Shown one piece after another: positions 1 through 8,840 of a DNA stretch of 64,000 nucleotides (its first letter is position 1; every line of letters starts with the position of its first letter). The DNA is taken from NCBI GenBank assembly GCA_963734545.1, contig CAVTHO010000009.1, forward strand, positions 146,747 through 210,746, in the 5' to 3' direction. The notes under the pieces were generated by a model. It made no database searches, had not been told where the DNA came from, and worked only from the letters and a program-made list of their open reading frames with translations. The DNA comes from an uncultured Spirochaetota bacterium (GTDB lineage: Bacteria > Spirochaetota > Spirochaetia > SZUA-6 > Fen-1364). The position numbers and the translations under genes were made by a program.

Positions 1-93
1 CCGGTGTGAGCTGCGCCGTGCGCTTGTGGGAAAACGAATCCGCCTGGGCGGGCTACGACGGGACCATGCCCGGTCCGGGCTGAGCCGCGTTCA

Positions 94-1194
94 ATGCGCG
101 TCGGGCTCGTGATCTATGGGGAACTCTCGACAGCCTCGGGTGGTTTCCTCTATGACCGGATGCTGGTGGACGCGCTCCGTCGCGGGGGAGATACCGTCGA
201 CGTGATTTCCCTGCCGTGGAGGAGCTACGGCAGGTGCCTCCTTCAGAATCTGGACAGGGGGCTTCGCGCGGCCCTCCTCGCATGGACCGGAGACCTGCTG
301 CTGCAGGACGAGCTGAACCACCCCTCCCTCATTCTTTTCAACAGGGCGCTTACTCGCCCTCGTGCGGCGCCGGTGATCTCGATCGTGCATCACCTGAGAT
401 CCTCCGAGCAGAACCCCGCCTTTGCGCGCGGCGTGTACCGCCGTGTCGAGCGCGCGTACCTGCTGTCCGTCGATGGATTCATCTTCAACAGCCACGCCAC
501 CCGCGGAAGCGTCGAGCGGCTGATCGGTCGTCCTGTCCAGGGGATCGTCGCCACTCCCGGCGGAGACAGGCTGGGTCCCCTGCCGACAGAGGAGGAGGTG
601 CTGCGCCGGTGCAGCGAGAAAGGGCCTCTCCGGGTGCTCTTCGTGGGAAACATCATCCCGCGCAAAGGGCTCATCAGCGTCGTCGACGCATTGGGGCAGG
701 TCCCTTCTCACCTCTGGAGGCTGACCGTCGCCGGCTCGCCCGAAATGAATCCCCGCTACGCGGCGGAGGTCGGCCGCGCCGTTGCCGCGCGCGGCCTGCG
801 AAACAATGTGTGCATGGCCGGCCGGCTCGATGACGCCCGGCTCGCTGAAGCCTACAGGACGCATCACGTCCTCGCGGTGCCCAGCCTGTACGAGGGATTC
901 GGCATCGTCTACCTCGAGGCAATGGGTTTCGGCGTTGTTCCCATAGGCTCCCGGACCGGCGGCGCAGCCGAGGTGATCGAACACGGCAGATCCGGCTGCC
1001 TTGTGCCTCCGGATGATTCGCGCGCGCTTGCGGACGCCATTGCCGGCCTGGCCATTGACCGTGCCTTTCTGCGTGACCTGGCCCTGGAGGCCCGCCGGCG
1101 TTTCCGCACGTTTCCCGGATGGGAGTCAGGCATGACCGCGCTGCGGGAGGACCTCCACGACATGGCCAGGCGCAAGGGAGACCGGCATGGATGA
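94..1194 (+). CDS. Glycosyltransferase family 4 (GT1 fold, retaining)
   Basis: 366-aa ORF with the C-terminal EX7E-type motif region EGFGIVYLEAMGFGVVP...GGAAEVIEHGRSGCLVPPDD that is typical of GT4. Its stop overlaps the start of the next gene by 8 nt. Confidence 0.8.
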   Translation: MRVGLVIYGELSTASGGFLYDRMLVDALRRGGDTVDVISLPWRSYGRCLLQNLDRGLRAALLAWTGDLLLQDELNHPSLILFNRALTRPRAAPVISIVHHLRSSEQNPAFARGVYRRVERAYLLSVDGFIFNSHATRGSVERLIGRPVQGIVATPGGDRLGPLPTEEEVLRRCSEKGPLRVLFVGNIIPRKGLISVVDALGQVPSHLWRLTVAGSPEMNPRYAAEVGRAVAARGLRNNVCMAGRLDDARLAEAYRTHHVLAVPSLYEGFGIVYLEAMGFGVVPIGSRTGGAAEVIEHGRSGCLVPPDDSRALADAIAGLAIDRAFLRDLALEARRRFRTFPGWESGMTALREDLHDMARRKGDRHG

Positions 1195-2086
1195 CGAAAC
1201 CTTCATCCGCTACCTGGCCTCGAAAAGGTCCGTGGACGACCGGGCGTTGAACCGGGGCGTCTGGGATGCAATGATCGCGGCTGCCCGGGACCTGTCCGCA
1301 CGCCCGCCGATTTTTCGACATGCCCCGGGGGGCGGTGCCCAGGTGGACGGTCCCCGGGTGCTCGAGCTCGGCGGCGGCATCGGCACAATGGTGGATCGGG
1401 TTACGGAGGAAGGCCGGCTTCTGCCCGCATCGTGGACCATGATCGACTCGCAGCCCGCGCTGATTGCCAGGGCGCGCCAGAGGCTTGCACACACGGCTCC
1501 CTTTCCCCTCGAGCTGCTTGCCACCGAACTCGATGCCTATCTCGCAACGCCATTTCGGCCGTTTGACCTGGTGATCGCCAACGCTTTCCTCGACCTGCTG
1601 GATCCTCCCCGCGCGCTCCCCGGAATTGCCGGACTATGCAGGCCGGGGGGGCTCGTCCTCTTCTCGATCACGTTCGACGGGCTCACGGTGCTCGAACCGG
1701 AGATCGATCGCGACCTGGACGCCACAATCGTAGCGCTCTACCACCGCACCATGGACGAGCGCACTGCGGGCGGGGAGAGATCAGGGGACAGCCGGTGCGG
1801 AAGGCATCTTCTCACCCTGCTGCCCCGGTGCGGCTACCGGATCGTCGCGGCTGGCTCGTCGGACTGGATCGTTCATCCGCGCAACGGGGAGTATCCCGCG
1901 GACGAGCGCTTCTTCCTGAGCTGCATCCTAGGATTCTTCGAGGAATCCCTTTCCGCAAGAGCCGAGCTCGATCGGACAACCCTTGACCGGTGGCTGCGCG
2001 CGCGGCGTGCGCAGCTTGCAGAAGGCGAGCTCGTGTTCCTGGCGCACCAGCTGGACGTGCTCGCATCCGTGGAAGCTCGTTCGTGA
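1187..2086 (+). CDS. Class I SAM-dependent methyltransferase
   Basis: Motif I-like VLELGGGIGTMVDRV and an acidic motif II (DLVIANAFLDLL). It is translationally coupled to the flanking GT genes. Confidence 0.6.
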   Translation: MDDETFIRYLASKRSVDDRALNRGVWDAMIAAARDLSARPPIFRHAPGGGAQVDGPRVLELGGGIGTMVDRVTEEGRLLPASWTMIDSQPALIARARQRLAHTAPFPLELLATELDAYLATPFRPFDLVIANAFLDLLDPPRALPGIAGLCRPGGLVLFSITFDGLTVLEPEIDRDLDATIVALYHRTMDERTAGGERSGDSRCGRHLLTLLPRCGYRIVAAGSSDWIVHPRNGEYPADERFFLSCILGFFEESLSARAELDRTTLDRWLRARRAQLAEGELVFLAHQLDVLASVEARS

Positions 2087-3411
2087 CGGATACCGGCGCT
2101 CCGGTCGTGATGCTGGCAAGCGGGACCCAGGGCGATGTGCAGCCGTTTCTCGCTCTCGCGCTGGGCCTGCGCAGGGCCGGCATTCCTTCGGTGATCGCCG
2201 CTGCTCCCCGGTATCGATCCCTCGTCGAAACGAGGAACATCGGATTCTCCGCGCTGGAAGGCAACCCGAGCGATCTCATGGCAGGTTCCGGATCCATGGC
2301 CGCGACCCTGAGCAGCGGAGCGGCGCAGGGAATCGCATCCACCGCCCGGTTTCTGCGCGCGGCCCAGTCAGAGTACCGGCGCATGCTCGAATCGGCGGCT
2401 GCGGCCTGCAGACCGGCGCGCGCAATCCTTGCAGGCCTGCCCTCCACCTGGGGTTTTTCCATAGCGGAAGCCCTCGGGGTCCCCTGCATCCTCTGCATGC
2501 TGCAGCCCTTTGGCCGAACGCGCGCCCTTCCCTCGGCGCTCCTGCCCGCGCGCAGGTCCCTCGGACACTGGTACAACCTGTTGAGCTACCGCGTCATCGA
2601 GCAGGCTATGTGGCTGCCCTGGCGGCGCGTCACGAATGCCTGGCGTCGGCAGACGCTGGGGCTGCCGGCACTCCCGATGGCAGGACCCTGGCAGCGGATG
2701 TACGCTTCCGGGTTCTCCTGCCTCTATGGATTCAGCCCCGCGATACTTCAGGCCCCGGTCGACTGGCCTCCCGCCCACGTCATCACGGGCTTCTGGTTCC
2801 TCGAAGAAGAGCCCGTTTGGACGCCCCGTCCCGCCCTGGAGCGGTTCCTTTCCCTCCACGATCCGGCGTTGTACATCGGGTTCGGGAGCATGGGAACGAA
2901 TCACGCCCGCAGAGTGCTTCGAGTTGTCGAGGCCGCCCTCGAGCTGAGCGGGCTGCGCGCCGTGGTTTCTCCCGGCAGTCATTCCCTCGGCCTGAGGTCG
3001 GAAGATCCGCGCCGAATCTTCTTCGAGGAAGAGGTCCCTCACGCCTGGCTCTTCCCGCGGACCGCGGCCGTCATGCACCACGGCGGCGCGGGCACGACCG
3101 CCGAGGGCCTGCGCGCCGGAGTTCCCTCACTCATCTACCCCGGGGCCGCGGACCAGTACTTCTGGGCCGAGCGGATCGCGAGGCTCGGCGCGGGCCCGCG
3201 CCCGGTGGGCCGAGCCGACCTGACGCCTGCCGGCCTGGCGCGACTTTTCACGCGCGTGGCGACGGATCGGGCGATGAGGGAACGGGCCCGGCTCATCGGG
3301 GAGAGAATTCGAGCGGAGAACGGCGTGGAGAGGGCGGTTGAAGAGCTGCTGCCGCTGCTCGGCGGCAGCAGTCTACGCGGGCCCCGTCCCGCCTCGCCTG
3401 CTCGAGAGTGA
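2083..3411 (+). CDS. GT1-family UDP-glycosyltransferase, sterol/MGT (UGT80-like) type
   Basis: The GTG at 2083 overlaps the upstream TGA. The C-terminal donor-binding signature is HHGGAGTTAEGLRAGVPSLIYPGAADQYFWAERIARLGAG. The N-terminus reads VVMLASGTQGDVQPFLALALGLRRAG. The ORF as listed (from 1990) has a spurious Arg/Ala-rich extension. Confidence 0.8.
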   Translation: MTDTGAPVVMLASGTQGDVQPFLALALGLRRAGIPSVIAAAPRYRSLVETRNIGFSALEGNPSDLMAGSGSMAATLSSGAAQGIASTARFLRAAQSEYRRMLESAAAACRPARAILAGLPSTWGFSIAEALGVPCILCMLQPFGRTRALPSALLPARRSLGHWYNLLSYRVIEQAMWLPWRRVTNAWRRQTLGLPALPMAGPWQRMYASGFSCLYGFSPAILQAPVDWPPAHVITGFWFLEEEPVWTPRPALERFLSLHDPALYIGFGSMGTNHARRVLRVVEAALELSGLRAVVSPGSHSLGLRSEDPRRIFFEEEVPHAWLFPRTAAVMHHGGAGTTAEGLRAGVPSLIYPGAADQYFWAERIARLGAGPRPVGRADLTPAGLARLFTRVATDRAMRERARLIGERIRAENGVERAVEELLPLLGGSSLRGPRPASPARE

Positions 3412-4614
3412 CACTATCGCGAAGCCGGCCGCGGCAAATCCGGCGCCCATCCAGTAGGGAGCCGGCGGGCCGAATGCCTGGTGGGCAGCGCCTGCGAGCC
3501 CGGGCCCTGCTATCAGGCACGCGCTCAGAACCGACTGCACGCCTCCCATGACCCGGCCCACCCCTGCTTCCGGAGCGCTGTGCGCCACAAGACTCATGAG
3601 GGATGGAATCCCGAGGCCTGTCCCTATGGCAACCACGCCGAGGAGCGGAAAGAGCATCCAGCCTGCCGGCGCGATGGCGGCAAATGGAAACATCACCACG
3701 GCCGCCGCCGCTCCGATCGATGCAAGCCTCGCTTCTCCCACCCGCGGCGCGACGCGTCCCACGAGGAATCCCTGGGTGAGCACCGCGCAGGCTCCTATGA
3801 ACGTGAAGAACAACCCGTTGGCGGAAGGCGTCCAGCCGAACCGTGCCTGGCTGAAAAGAGGAAATGTCAGGGGCAGGCCGGAGAAGGAGAGGTTCAGCGC
3901 GGCAAGCGTGAGAAGAAACGGCCTGAGAGTGGGGCGGCGAAAGACATCTATGAGGGCGCTGACCGGATTTATACGGAGATTCTGCCGGTCAGCCGTCAAT
4001 CGATCTGGACGGTGGAAATCCCTGATGGCGAAAAACCCGAAGAGGGCATTCCCCAGCGCGATGCCGCTCGCGGCGAACGCGGGAATCCGCAGACCGCGGG
4101 CCCCGAGAAATCCCCCGAGCAACGGGCCCGCAGCCACTCCCAGTCCGACGGCAGCACCCGCCAGACCCAGCCAGCGCGTGCGGTCGGAAGGTCCTGCGCC
4201 GTCGGTGATGTAGGCCTGGGCGGTCGCGAAGCTCCCTCCCACGAGGCCGCCGAAGGCCACTGCGGCGAACAGCACGGCAAGGGACCCGGCAAGGCCGATA
4301 CCCAGGTAAGCGACGAAGCTGCCGAGCAGGCAGGCCACCAGGACCGGCCTCCTGCCGTGCCGATCCGCGAATGATCCGATCACGGGGGCCCCGATGACCT
4401 GCATGACGGCATACGCGGAGCCGAGGGCCCCGGCAAGCAACGCGCCGCCGGCATGGCGCTGGACGTACAGCGGCAGAAGCGGTGCGACCATTCCGAACCC
4501 GGCCATATCGAGGAAGATCGTGACGAGGATGAACGCCAGGCGCGGTTTCGGCATGAACGCCGGCGGATTTCCGAAGCTCTGCATCCCCCCCATGCGTACA
4601 TCGTCTTGCACCAT
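3373..4614 (-). CDS. MFS transporter (DHA1-like)
   Basis: 12-TM hydropathy pattern. Motif A reads GSFADRHGRRPVLVACLLG. The likely start is the ATG at 4614, preceded by GGGGG, so the listed 493-aa ORF carries an N-terminal extension. Confidence 0.8.
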   Translation of the reverse strand: MVQDDVRMGGMQSFGNPPAFMPKPRLAFILVTIFLDMAGFGMVAPLLPLYVQRHAGGALLAGALGSAYAVMQVIGAPVIGSFADRHGRRPVLVACLLGSFVAYLGIGLAGSLAVLFAAVAFGGLVGGSFATAQAYITDGAGPSDRTRWLGLAGAAVGLGVAAGPLLGGFLGARGLRIPAFAASGIALGNALFGFFAIRDFHRPDRLTADRQNLRINPVSALIDVFRRPTLRPFLLTLAALNLSFSGLPLTFPLFSQARFGWTPSANGLFFTFIGACAVLTQGFLVGRVAPRVGEARLASIGAAAAVVMFPFAAIAPAGWMLFPLLGVVAIGTGLGIPSLMSLVAHSAPEAGVGRVMGGVQSVLSACLIAGPGLAGAAHQAFGPPAPYWMGAGFAAAGFAIVSLSSRRGGTGPA

Positions 4615-4640
4615 TCTGCAACCCCCGGCACAATCAGGGT

Positions 4641-5591
4641 GTGCCAGGCGGTCATGAACGGGAAAGCGCGGGCCACGCCTCCGCGGTACGGGCCTACTAC
4701 GAGAGCAACACGCGGCTCTTTCTTGCGCTCGGCATCGGCAGGCGGACGCTCGCCATCCGGCGGGCCGTGTGGGCGGATGGGGTGGATGATCTCGCCGCGG
4801 CCGTGAACTACGTAAACGGCCTTGTTGCGGCCGAAGCGAGGCTGGCCGCGACAAAGGACGGCGCGCTTCGGATTCTCGATATCGGCTGCGGTGTCGGAGG
4901 CAGCCTGCTCTTCCTTGCCGGCGCGGTGAATACGCCGCTCCAGGGGATCGGCGTCACCATCAGCCCGCGGCAAGCCGTCATTGCACGAAGACAGGCGCGC
5001 ATCCGGGGGCTTTCCTCAAGGTGCTCTTTCATCGCGGCGGATTTCGCGCGCCTCACCGGTCTTCCCCGGTTCCCTCTCTCCTTCGCCATCGAGTCATTCG
5101 TCCATTTCACCGCGCCGGCAGAGTTCTTCACCGCGGCGGCAAGATCGCTTGCGCCGGGAGGACGTCTGATGGTGATCGACGATTTCCTCGCCGGTGACCG
5201 GCATTCGCCCAGGGAACGCGGGCTTGTCAGTGCCTTCCGGCAGGGGTGGCTTCTGCCTTCGCTCTGCACGGTCAGGCGCGCGGTCCAGTGCGGCGCTGAA
5301 TGCGGCATGCGCCTGGTGGAAGATCGCGACCTGAGCAGTTTCCTTTCCCGAAAACCCGCAGGCTCGCGGATAGGAAAACCCGCAGGCTCGCGGATGGGAA
5401 AACCCGCAGGCTCGCGGATGGGAAAACCCGCAAGCTCGCGGATGGGTTGGTGGGCCGTGCGCGTCATGCGCGCGCTTCCCGTGCCGTGGCCTTACTGGAG
5501 AAGCACGATGGGAAGCCTCGCCCTGGAAGCCTGCAGGCGGGCAGGGCTGGTCGAATACCATGTCCTCGTGTTCGAGAACCAGCGGGCATGA
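4641..5591 (+). CDS. Class I SAM methyltransferase (CMAS/RebM/SMT-like N-region) with a C-terminal 8-aa tandem repeat
   Basis: Motif I LRILDIGCGVGGSLLFL follows a YYESNTRLFLALG...AVWADG region typical of small-molecule C-/O-methyltransferases. The in-frame repeat KPAGSR(I/M)G occurs four times. The start is uncertain because the divergent MFS start lies only 26 bp away. Confidence 0.65.
   Translation: MPGGHERESAGHASAVRAYYESNTRLFLALGIGRRTLAIRRAVWADGVDDLAAAVNYVNGLVAAEARLAATKDGALRILDIGCGVGGSLLFLAGAVNTPLQGIGVTISPRQAVIARRQARIRGLSSRCSFIAADFARLTGLPRFPLSFAIESFVHFTAPAEFFTAAARSLAPGGRLMVIDDFLAGDRHSPRERGLVSAFRQGWLLPSLCTVRRAVQCGAECGMRLVEDRDLSSFLSRKPAGSRIGKPAGSRMGKPAGSRMGKPASSRMGWWAVRVMRALPVPWPYWRSTMGSLALEACRRAGLVEYHVLVFENQRA
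5349..5444. repeat. 24-bp tandem repeat x4 (GAAAACCCGCAGGCTCGCGGATGG), in-frame inside the methyltransferase CDS
   Basis: Read directly from the sequence: four near-identical units with 1-2 substitutions. Confidence 0.9.
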
Positions 5592-5592
5592 C

Positions 5593-6216
5593 ATGCGCCG
5601 CCTCATGACGGCAGCAGCCTGGAGCGGAATAGCAGGGCCGATCCTCTTCGCCGGCGCGCTGGCCGTCCTCTCATTCGTGGAGCAGGACTTCATGCGCACC
5701 CTTGGCTGGGAGCCGCTCACCGCGGCCACTCGTGACTGGCCCAGCGGCCTGGCCCTGGGTCCCGGGGGCATTGTCATGACCGCGGCGTTCGTCGCATGCG
5801 GGCTGCTCCTCGTGCTCTTCGCGGCCGGACTCCGGCGGGCGTTTCCTGCCGCCCCCGTCTCGGCCCTTGCCGCTATTTTCATGGCCCTGGCTGGATTGGC
5901 CATGAGCTTTCTCGCGTTCTCCACCGACCCCACGAACAGCCAGGGACCCGCCACCCTGCACGGCCGCATCCACGATGCGGCCTTTATTGCTCTCGGTGCA
6001 ACGCTTCTTGTATCGCTCGTGGCCTTTGGTTTCGTATTCCGCACGGACAGGAAGTGGAGCGCGAATGCGGTCATCTCGTGGGTGACGGCGGCGTTGATCG
6101 TCCCGTCATTCACGGCCAAGGGAATCGTCTTCTACTTCTTTCTTGCCTCGTACCTGGTCTGGTGTGAGGCGGCTGCCGTCCGCCTCCTGCGACGCATCGG
6201 CGCTCCGCCTACTTGA
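5593..6216 (+). CDS. Integral membrane protein (DUF998-like), hypothetical
   Basis: Six predicted TM helices. The ATG at 5593 directly follows the methyltransferase stop (ATGACATG). Confidence 0.5.
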   Translation: MRRLMTAAAWSGIAGPILFAGALAVLSFVEQDFMRTLGWEPLTAATRDWPSGLALGPGGIVMTAAFVACGLLLVLFAAGLRRAFPAAPVSALAAIFMALAGLAMSFLAFSTDPTNSQGPATLHGRIHDAAFIALGATLLVSLVAFGFVFRTDRKWSANAVISWVTAALIVPSFTAKGIVFYFFLASYLVWCEAAAVRLLRRIGAPPT

Positions 6217-6811
6217 ACATGTCCACCGTGTCCTGCTTCTTCCTTGCCTGCGCATAGGCAGCGTCGACCTCTTCGTCCTCGAGATATCTGCGGAGATCCG
6301 CCGCCTGCTCGGTGGTGAACACGATCTGGTCGCTGCTGGCAAAGGCTGCGGCGGTCCGCATGACAAGCGTGATGCGCAGCGCGTCTGCGCCCTCCAGCCG
6401 CGCGCTGAAAACGAGCTTGACCTCGCGCGTGCCCTGCGCATCCCATCCCTCGCCGCGGCGGAACATCTGCGCAAGGTCGATCGTGGTGATCTCACGGGTG
6501 ATTTCCACGTTGTTGTCCATCGCGAGCCGCGCCCACTCCTGGAACTTCGCAACGGCTTCACGGAGGGAGGCACGCGCGGGACCTTCCACGATCATCCCGT
6601 ATCGCGGCGCGGAGCTGCCGAAAAGATTCTGTACGCTGATGGCAATGATCCCCGGGTTGTCGGCAAAGGCGAGGAATGTGAGGCCCCGCCTGCTGTCCTT
6701 GATCTGGCCGTAGACCACCGACTGGCCGGTCGGGACCGGGCTCCAGGGAGGCAGGCTCGAACAGCCGGCAATCAGAACCAAGAGAAGGACAAAGACGAAC
6801 GACTTACGCAT
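6209..6811 (-). CDS. Lipoprotein, hypothetical
   Basis: Signal peptide with a lipobox (LVLIAGCSS). No recognisable catalytic motif. It lies directly downstream of the GH5 gene on the same strand, 3-nt gap. Confidence 0.6.
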   Translation of the reverse strand: MRKSFVFVLLLVLIAGCSSLPPWSPVPTGQSVVYGQIKDSRRGLTFLAFADNPGIIAISVQNLFGSSAPRYGMIVEGPARASLREAVAKFQEWARLAMDNNVEITREITTIDLAQMFRRGEGWDAQGTREVKLVFSARLEGADALRITLVMRTAAAFASSDQIVFTTEQAADLRRYLEDEEVDAAYAQARKKQDTVDMFK

Positions 6812-6814
6812 TGC

Positions 6815-8569
6815 TCACTCCCGCTCCAGCTCGATCTGCTCCAGAATCGCCTCGCAGGGCCCCCGGCCGGACCATCGGGGCTCGATTGCGGCGATGCCTT
6901 GTTCGATGGAGAGCTCGGTGGCTACCGGCTGCGGGGAGCTGCCGGTGGCGGGAGAGGCCGCTCCGTAGCTCCAGTCCGCAACAGCGCCTTTGCCGTCGTA
7001 CGCGACGACTTCCAGGCTCACCGAACCCGAAGGACTCGGGACAGCCGCCGGAATCACGACTGCCCGCGCTGCCAGCCGGAGCTTCTCTCCCGGCTTGACC
7101 GGTATGCGATACCCTGTGCCGAGCGCCCAGTCCCGGGTCCCGCGATGCAGGAGGTGAACGGCCGTGGGGGCTCCCGCGGCATCATAGTCTATTCGAAGCG
7201 TGCCCGCTCCCGGGTCCCGGGTCCACAGCATCCCCCAGTCCTCGATGGGCATGATCAGCTTCGGCATCGAGCCTGCATTGAAGCTTTCAAGGGGCACCGG
7301 CTCCCGCGCGCTCGTTCCGCTGACCATTTCCAGGCCCAGGGCCTGGAGGCAGCCGACATCGACGGTACGTCCCTTGAAATGCGCCCTGTCCCGGTAATCC
7401 ACCATGCCCAATCCCTGGTCGTACTCCCACATCGCCCACCCAATATGCAACACCTCGAGGCTCGTGCGGACGTCTGAAATCCAGCGCAAACGATCCTCCG
7501 CGGGCGCCACCTTCTTGTAGACGCCGAACTCACCGCAGAACACGGGAACGCTGTGTGAGCTGCCCCAGTCGGCAGCTCGCGAAAGCTCCTTTCGAATCCG
7601 GGCCGCGTCCCAGCGCTCCTGGCCATACCAGCGGACCTGCTCGCGCGCTTTCGCGTCCCGCAGAATGCCGGCCGCCGCCGCAACCGCTTCAGGGCTCGAA
7701 GGATACGGGATGCCGGCAAGCTGCTTCTGGATCTCGCCGGTCCACTCGGCGCCCTGGTGGGTGAAGGTGAAAGGCTCATACCAATGGAAACTGTAGACGA
7801 CGTTCCCGTCCGCAAGGGGCTTCAGGGCGAGAAGACCATTGATGCCTCCCCATGACTCCCCGGTCGCGATGATCGTGCTCTGCGGGGCGCCGCGCCTGAT
7901 TGCCTCTGCCAGGCGCTCCTGCGCGGGAGGCCACCAGCCGGCGTCTATCTTTTCCACGGTGGACAGGTGCGGCTCGTTCATGACCTCGAAAAAAACGCGC
8001 TCTGTCGAGTAGGCGGCGTATCGGCGCGCAAGGGCTTCCCAGAAGCTTTCGACCCTGGACCTGAAAGCAGCATCGTGCGCCAGCCTGCTTTCAAAATCGT
8101 TGTTCGAGGAGGCGCCGTGAATCGGGTCCACGATCACGGCGAGCCCCGCATCGAGGGCCATGCGGACGGCTTTGTCCACGTACCGGATGGGGTCCAGAAA
8201 TGTTTCCGGCACGGCGTCGTTGTAGAGGACTTCGGGCGCAATGGTCAGCCGGACGACGCTGATGCCGGTTTCCTTGATCAGGGAGAAGTCGCTCTCCGTG
8301 AGCCGGTGTGCGTAGCGTTTCGGGTCGGAGTATGAGGAAAACCAGTTGTCGATATTGATGCCGCGTGCAAGGAGCTGCAGCCGGGCAGAGGGAACACCCC
8401 CGCTCCAGAGCATTGGCGAGGCGAGAATGGCGAGCACGATCGCAAGAGTAACACGCTGCACGGTGACAGGGTATGTCTTCAGACTCGCCCCGGCAAGACC
8501 GGTCCGGAAAGTCGGAAAAAACCGGATTCGATTTTCCGTGCTTTCCATTCCGGTTCTGGTATAATTCAC
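6815..8569 (-). CDS. Glycoside hydrolase family 5 (endoglucanase/mannanase-like) with a C-terminal beta-sandwich domain
   Basis: Catalytic acid/base FEVMNEPH and nucleophile VFCGEFGV. GINIDNWFS is typical of GH5. N-terminal signal peptide. Confidence 0.8.
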   Translation of the reverse strand: MNYTRTGMESTENRIRFFPTFRTGLAGASLKTYPVTVQRVTLAIVLAILASPMLWSGGVPSARLQLLARGINIDNWFSSYSDPKRYAHRLTESDFSLIKETGISVVRLTIAPEVLYNDAVPETFLDPIRYVDKAVRMALDAGLAVIVDPIHGASSNNDFESRLAHDAAFRSRVESFWEALARRYAAYSTERVFFEVMNEPHLSTVEKIDAGWWPPAQERLAEAIRRGAPQSTIIATGESWGGINGLLALKPLADGNVVYSFHWYEPFTFTHQGAEWTGEIQKQLAGIPYPSSPEAVAAAAGILRDAKAREQVRWYGQERWDAARIRKELSRAADWGSSHSVPVFCGEFGVYKKVAPAEDRLRWISDVRTSLEVLHIGWAMWEYDQGLGMVDYRDRAHFKGRTVDVGCLQALGLEMVSGTSAREPVPLESFNAGSMPKLIMPIEDWGMLWTRDPGAGTLRIDYDAAGAPTAVHLLHRGTRDWALGTGYRIPVKPGEKLRLAARAVVIPAAVPSPSGSVSLEVVAYDGKGAVADWSYGAASPATGSSPQPVATELSIEQGIAAIEPRWSGRGPCEAILEQIELERE

Positions 8570-8586
8570 AAAGGATAGGAGATTGC

Positions 8587-8793
8587 ATGGGTGACAAGAG
8601 CATGTTCTGTGCCTACCATGCAGAATGTCCGTTTTTCAACGTCGCTGACGCATCCGAGCTCGTGAAAGTGCTGAGGCACCTGATCTGCCTCCGCACGCAT
8701 ACGAAGTGCGAGATCAGGACAGAGCTGCTGTCCGGCAACAAGGTTCCCGCGGACGCGCATCCCAACATACGCCTGGCGAAATGGCTCAACTGA
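8587..8793 (+). CDS. Small Cys/His-rich hypothetical protein (68 aa)
   Basis: ATG preceded by the AGGAGA RBS. Motifs FCAYHAEC and ICLRTHTKC suggest a metal-binding protein. It sits in a local AT-rich patch between convergent genes. Confidence 0.4.
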   Translation: MGDKSMFCAYHAECPFFNVADASELVKVLRHLICLRTHTKCEIRTELLSGNKVPADAHPNIRLAKWLN

Positions 8794-8840
8794 CAAGAGC
8801 CGCCGGGCCGGTCATCCCTTCATAAGCGGACGGCACACAC

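Noticed and set aside
216-1492. Long ORFs on other frames/strands overlapping the GT4 gene (216-833 +, 674-1492 -, 91-984 -)
   Set aside because: Arg/Pro/Ala-rich low-complexity translations typical of off-frame reading in >65% GC DNA. The in-frame GT4 protein has clear family motifs.
1990-2082. N-terminal 31-aa extension of the GT1 ORF (MAARAACAACRRRARVPG...)
   Set aside because: Arg/Ala-rich and overlaps the upstream methyltransferase. The GTG at 2083 overlapping the TGA gives a canonical GT1 N-terminus.
3481-4374. Antisense ORFs (3481-4374 +, 3548-4213 +, 3989-4633 -) inside the MFS transporter gene
   Set aside because: Shadow ORFs of a high-GC gene. No motifs. The MFS frame shows a 12-TM pattern.
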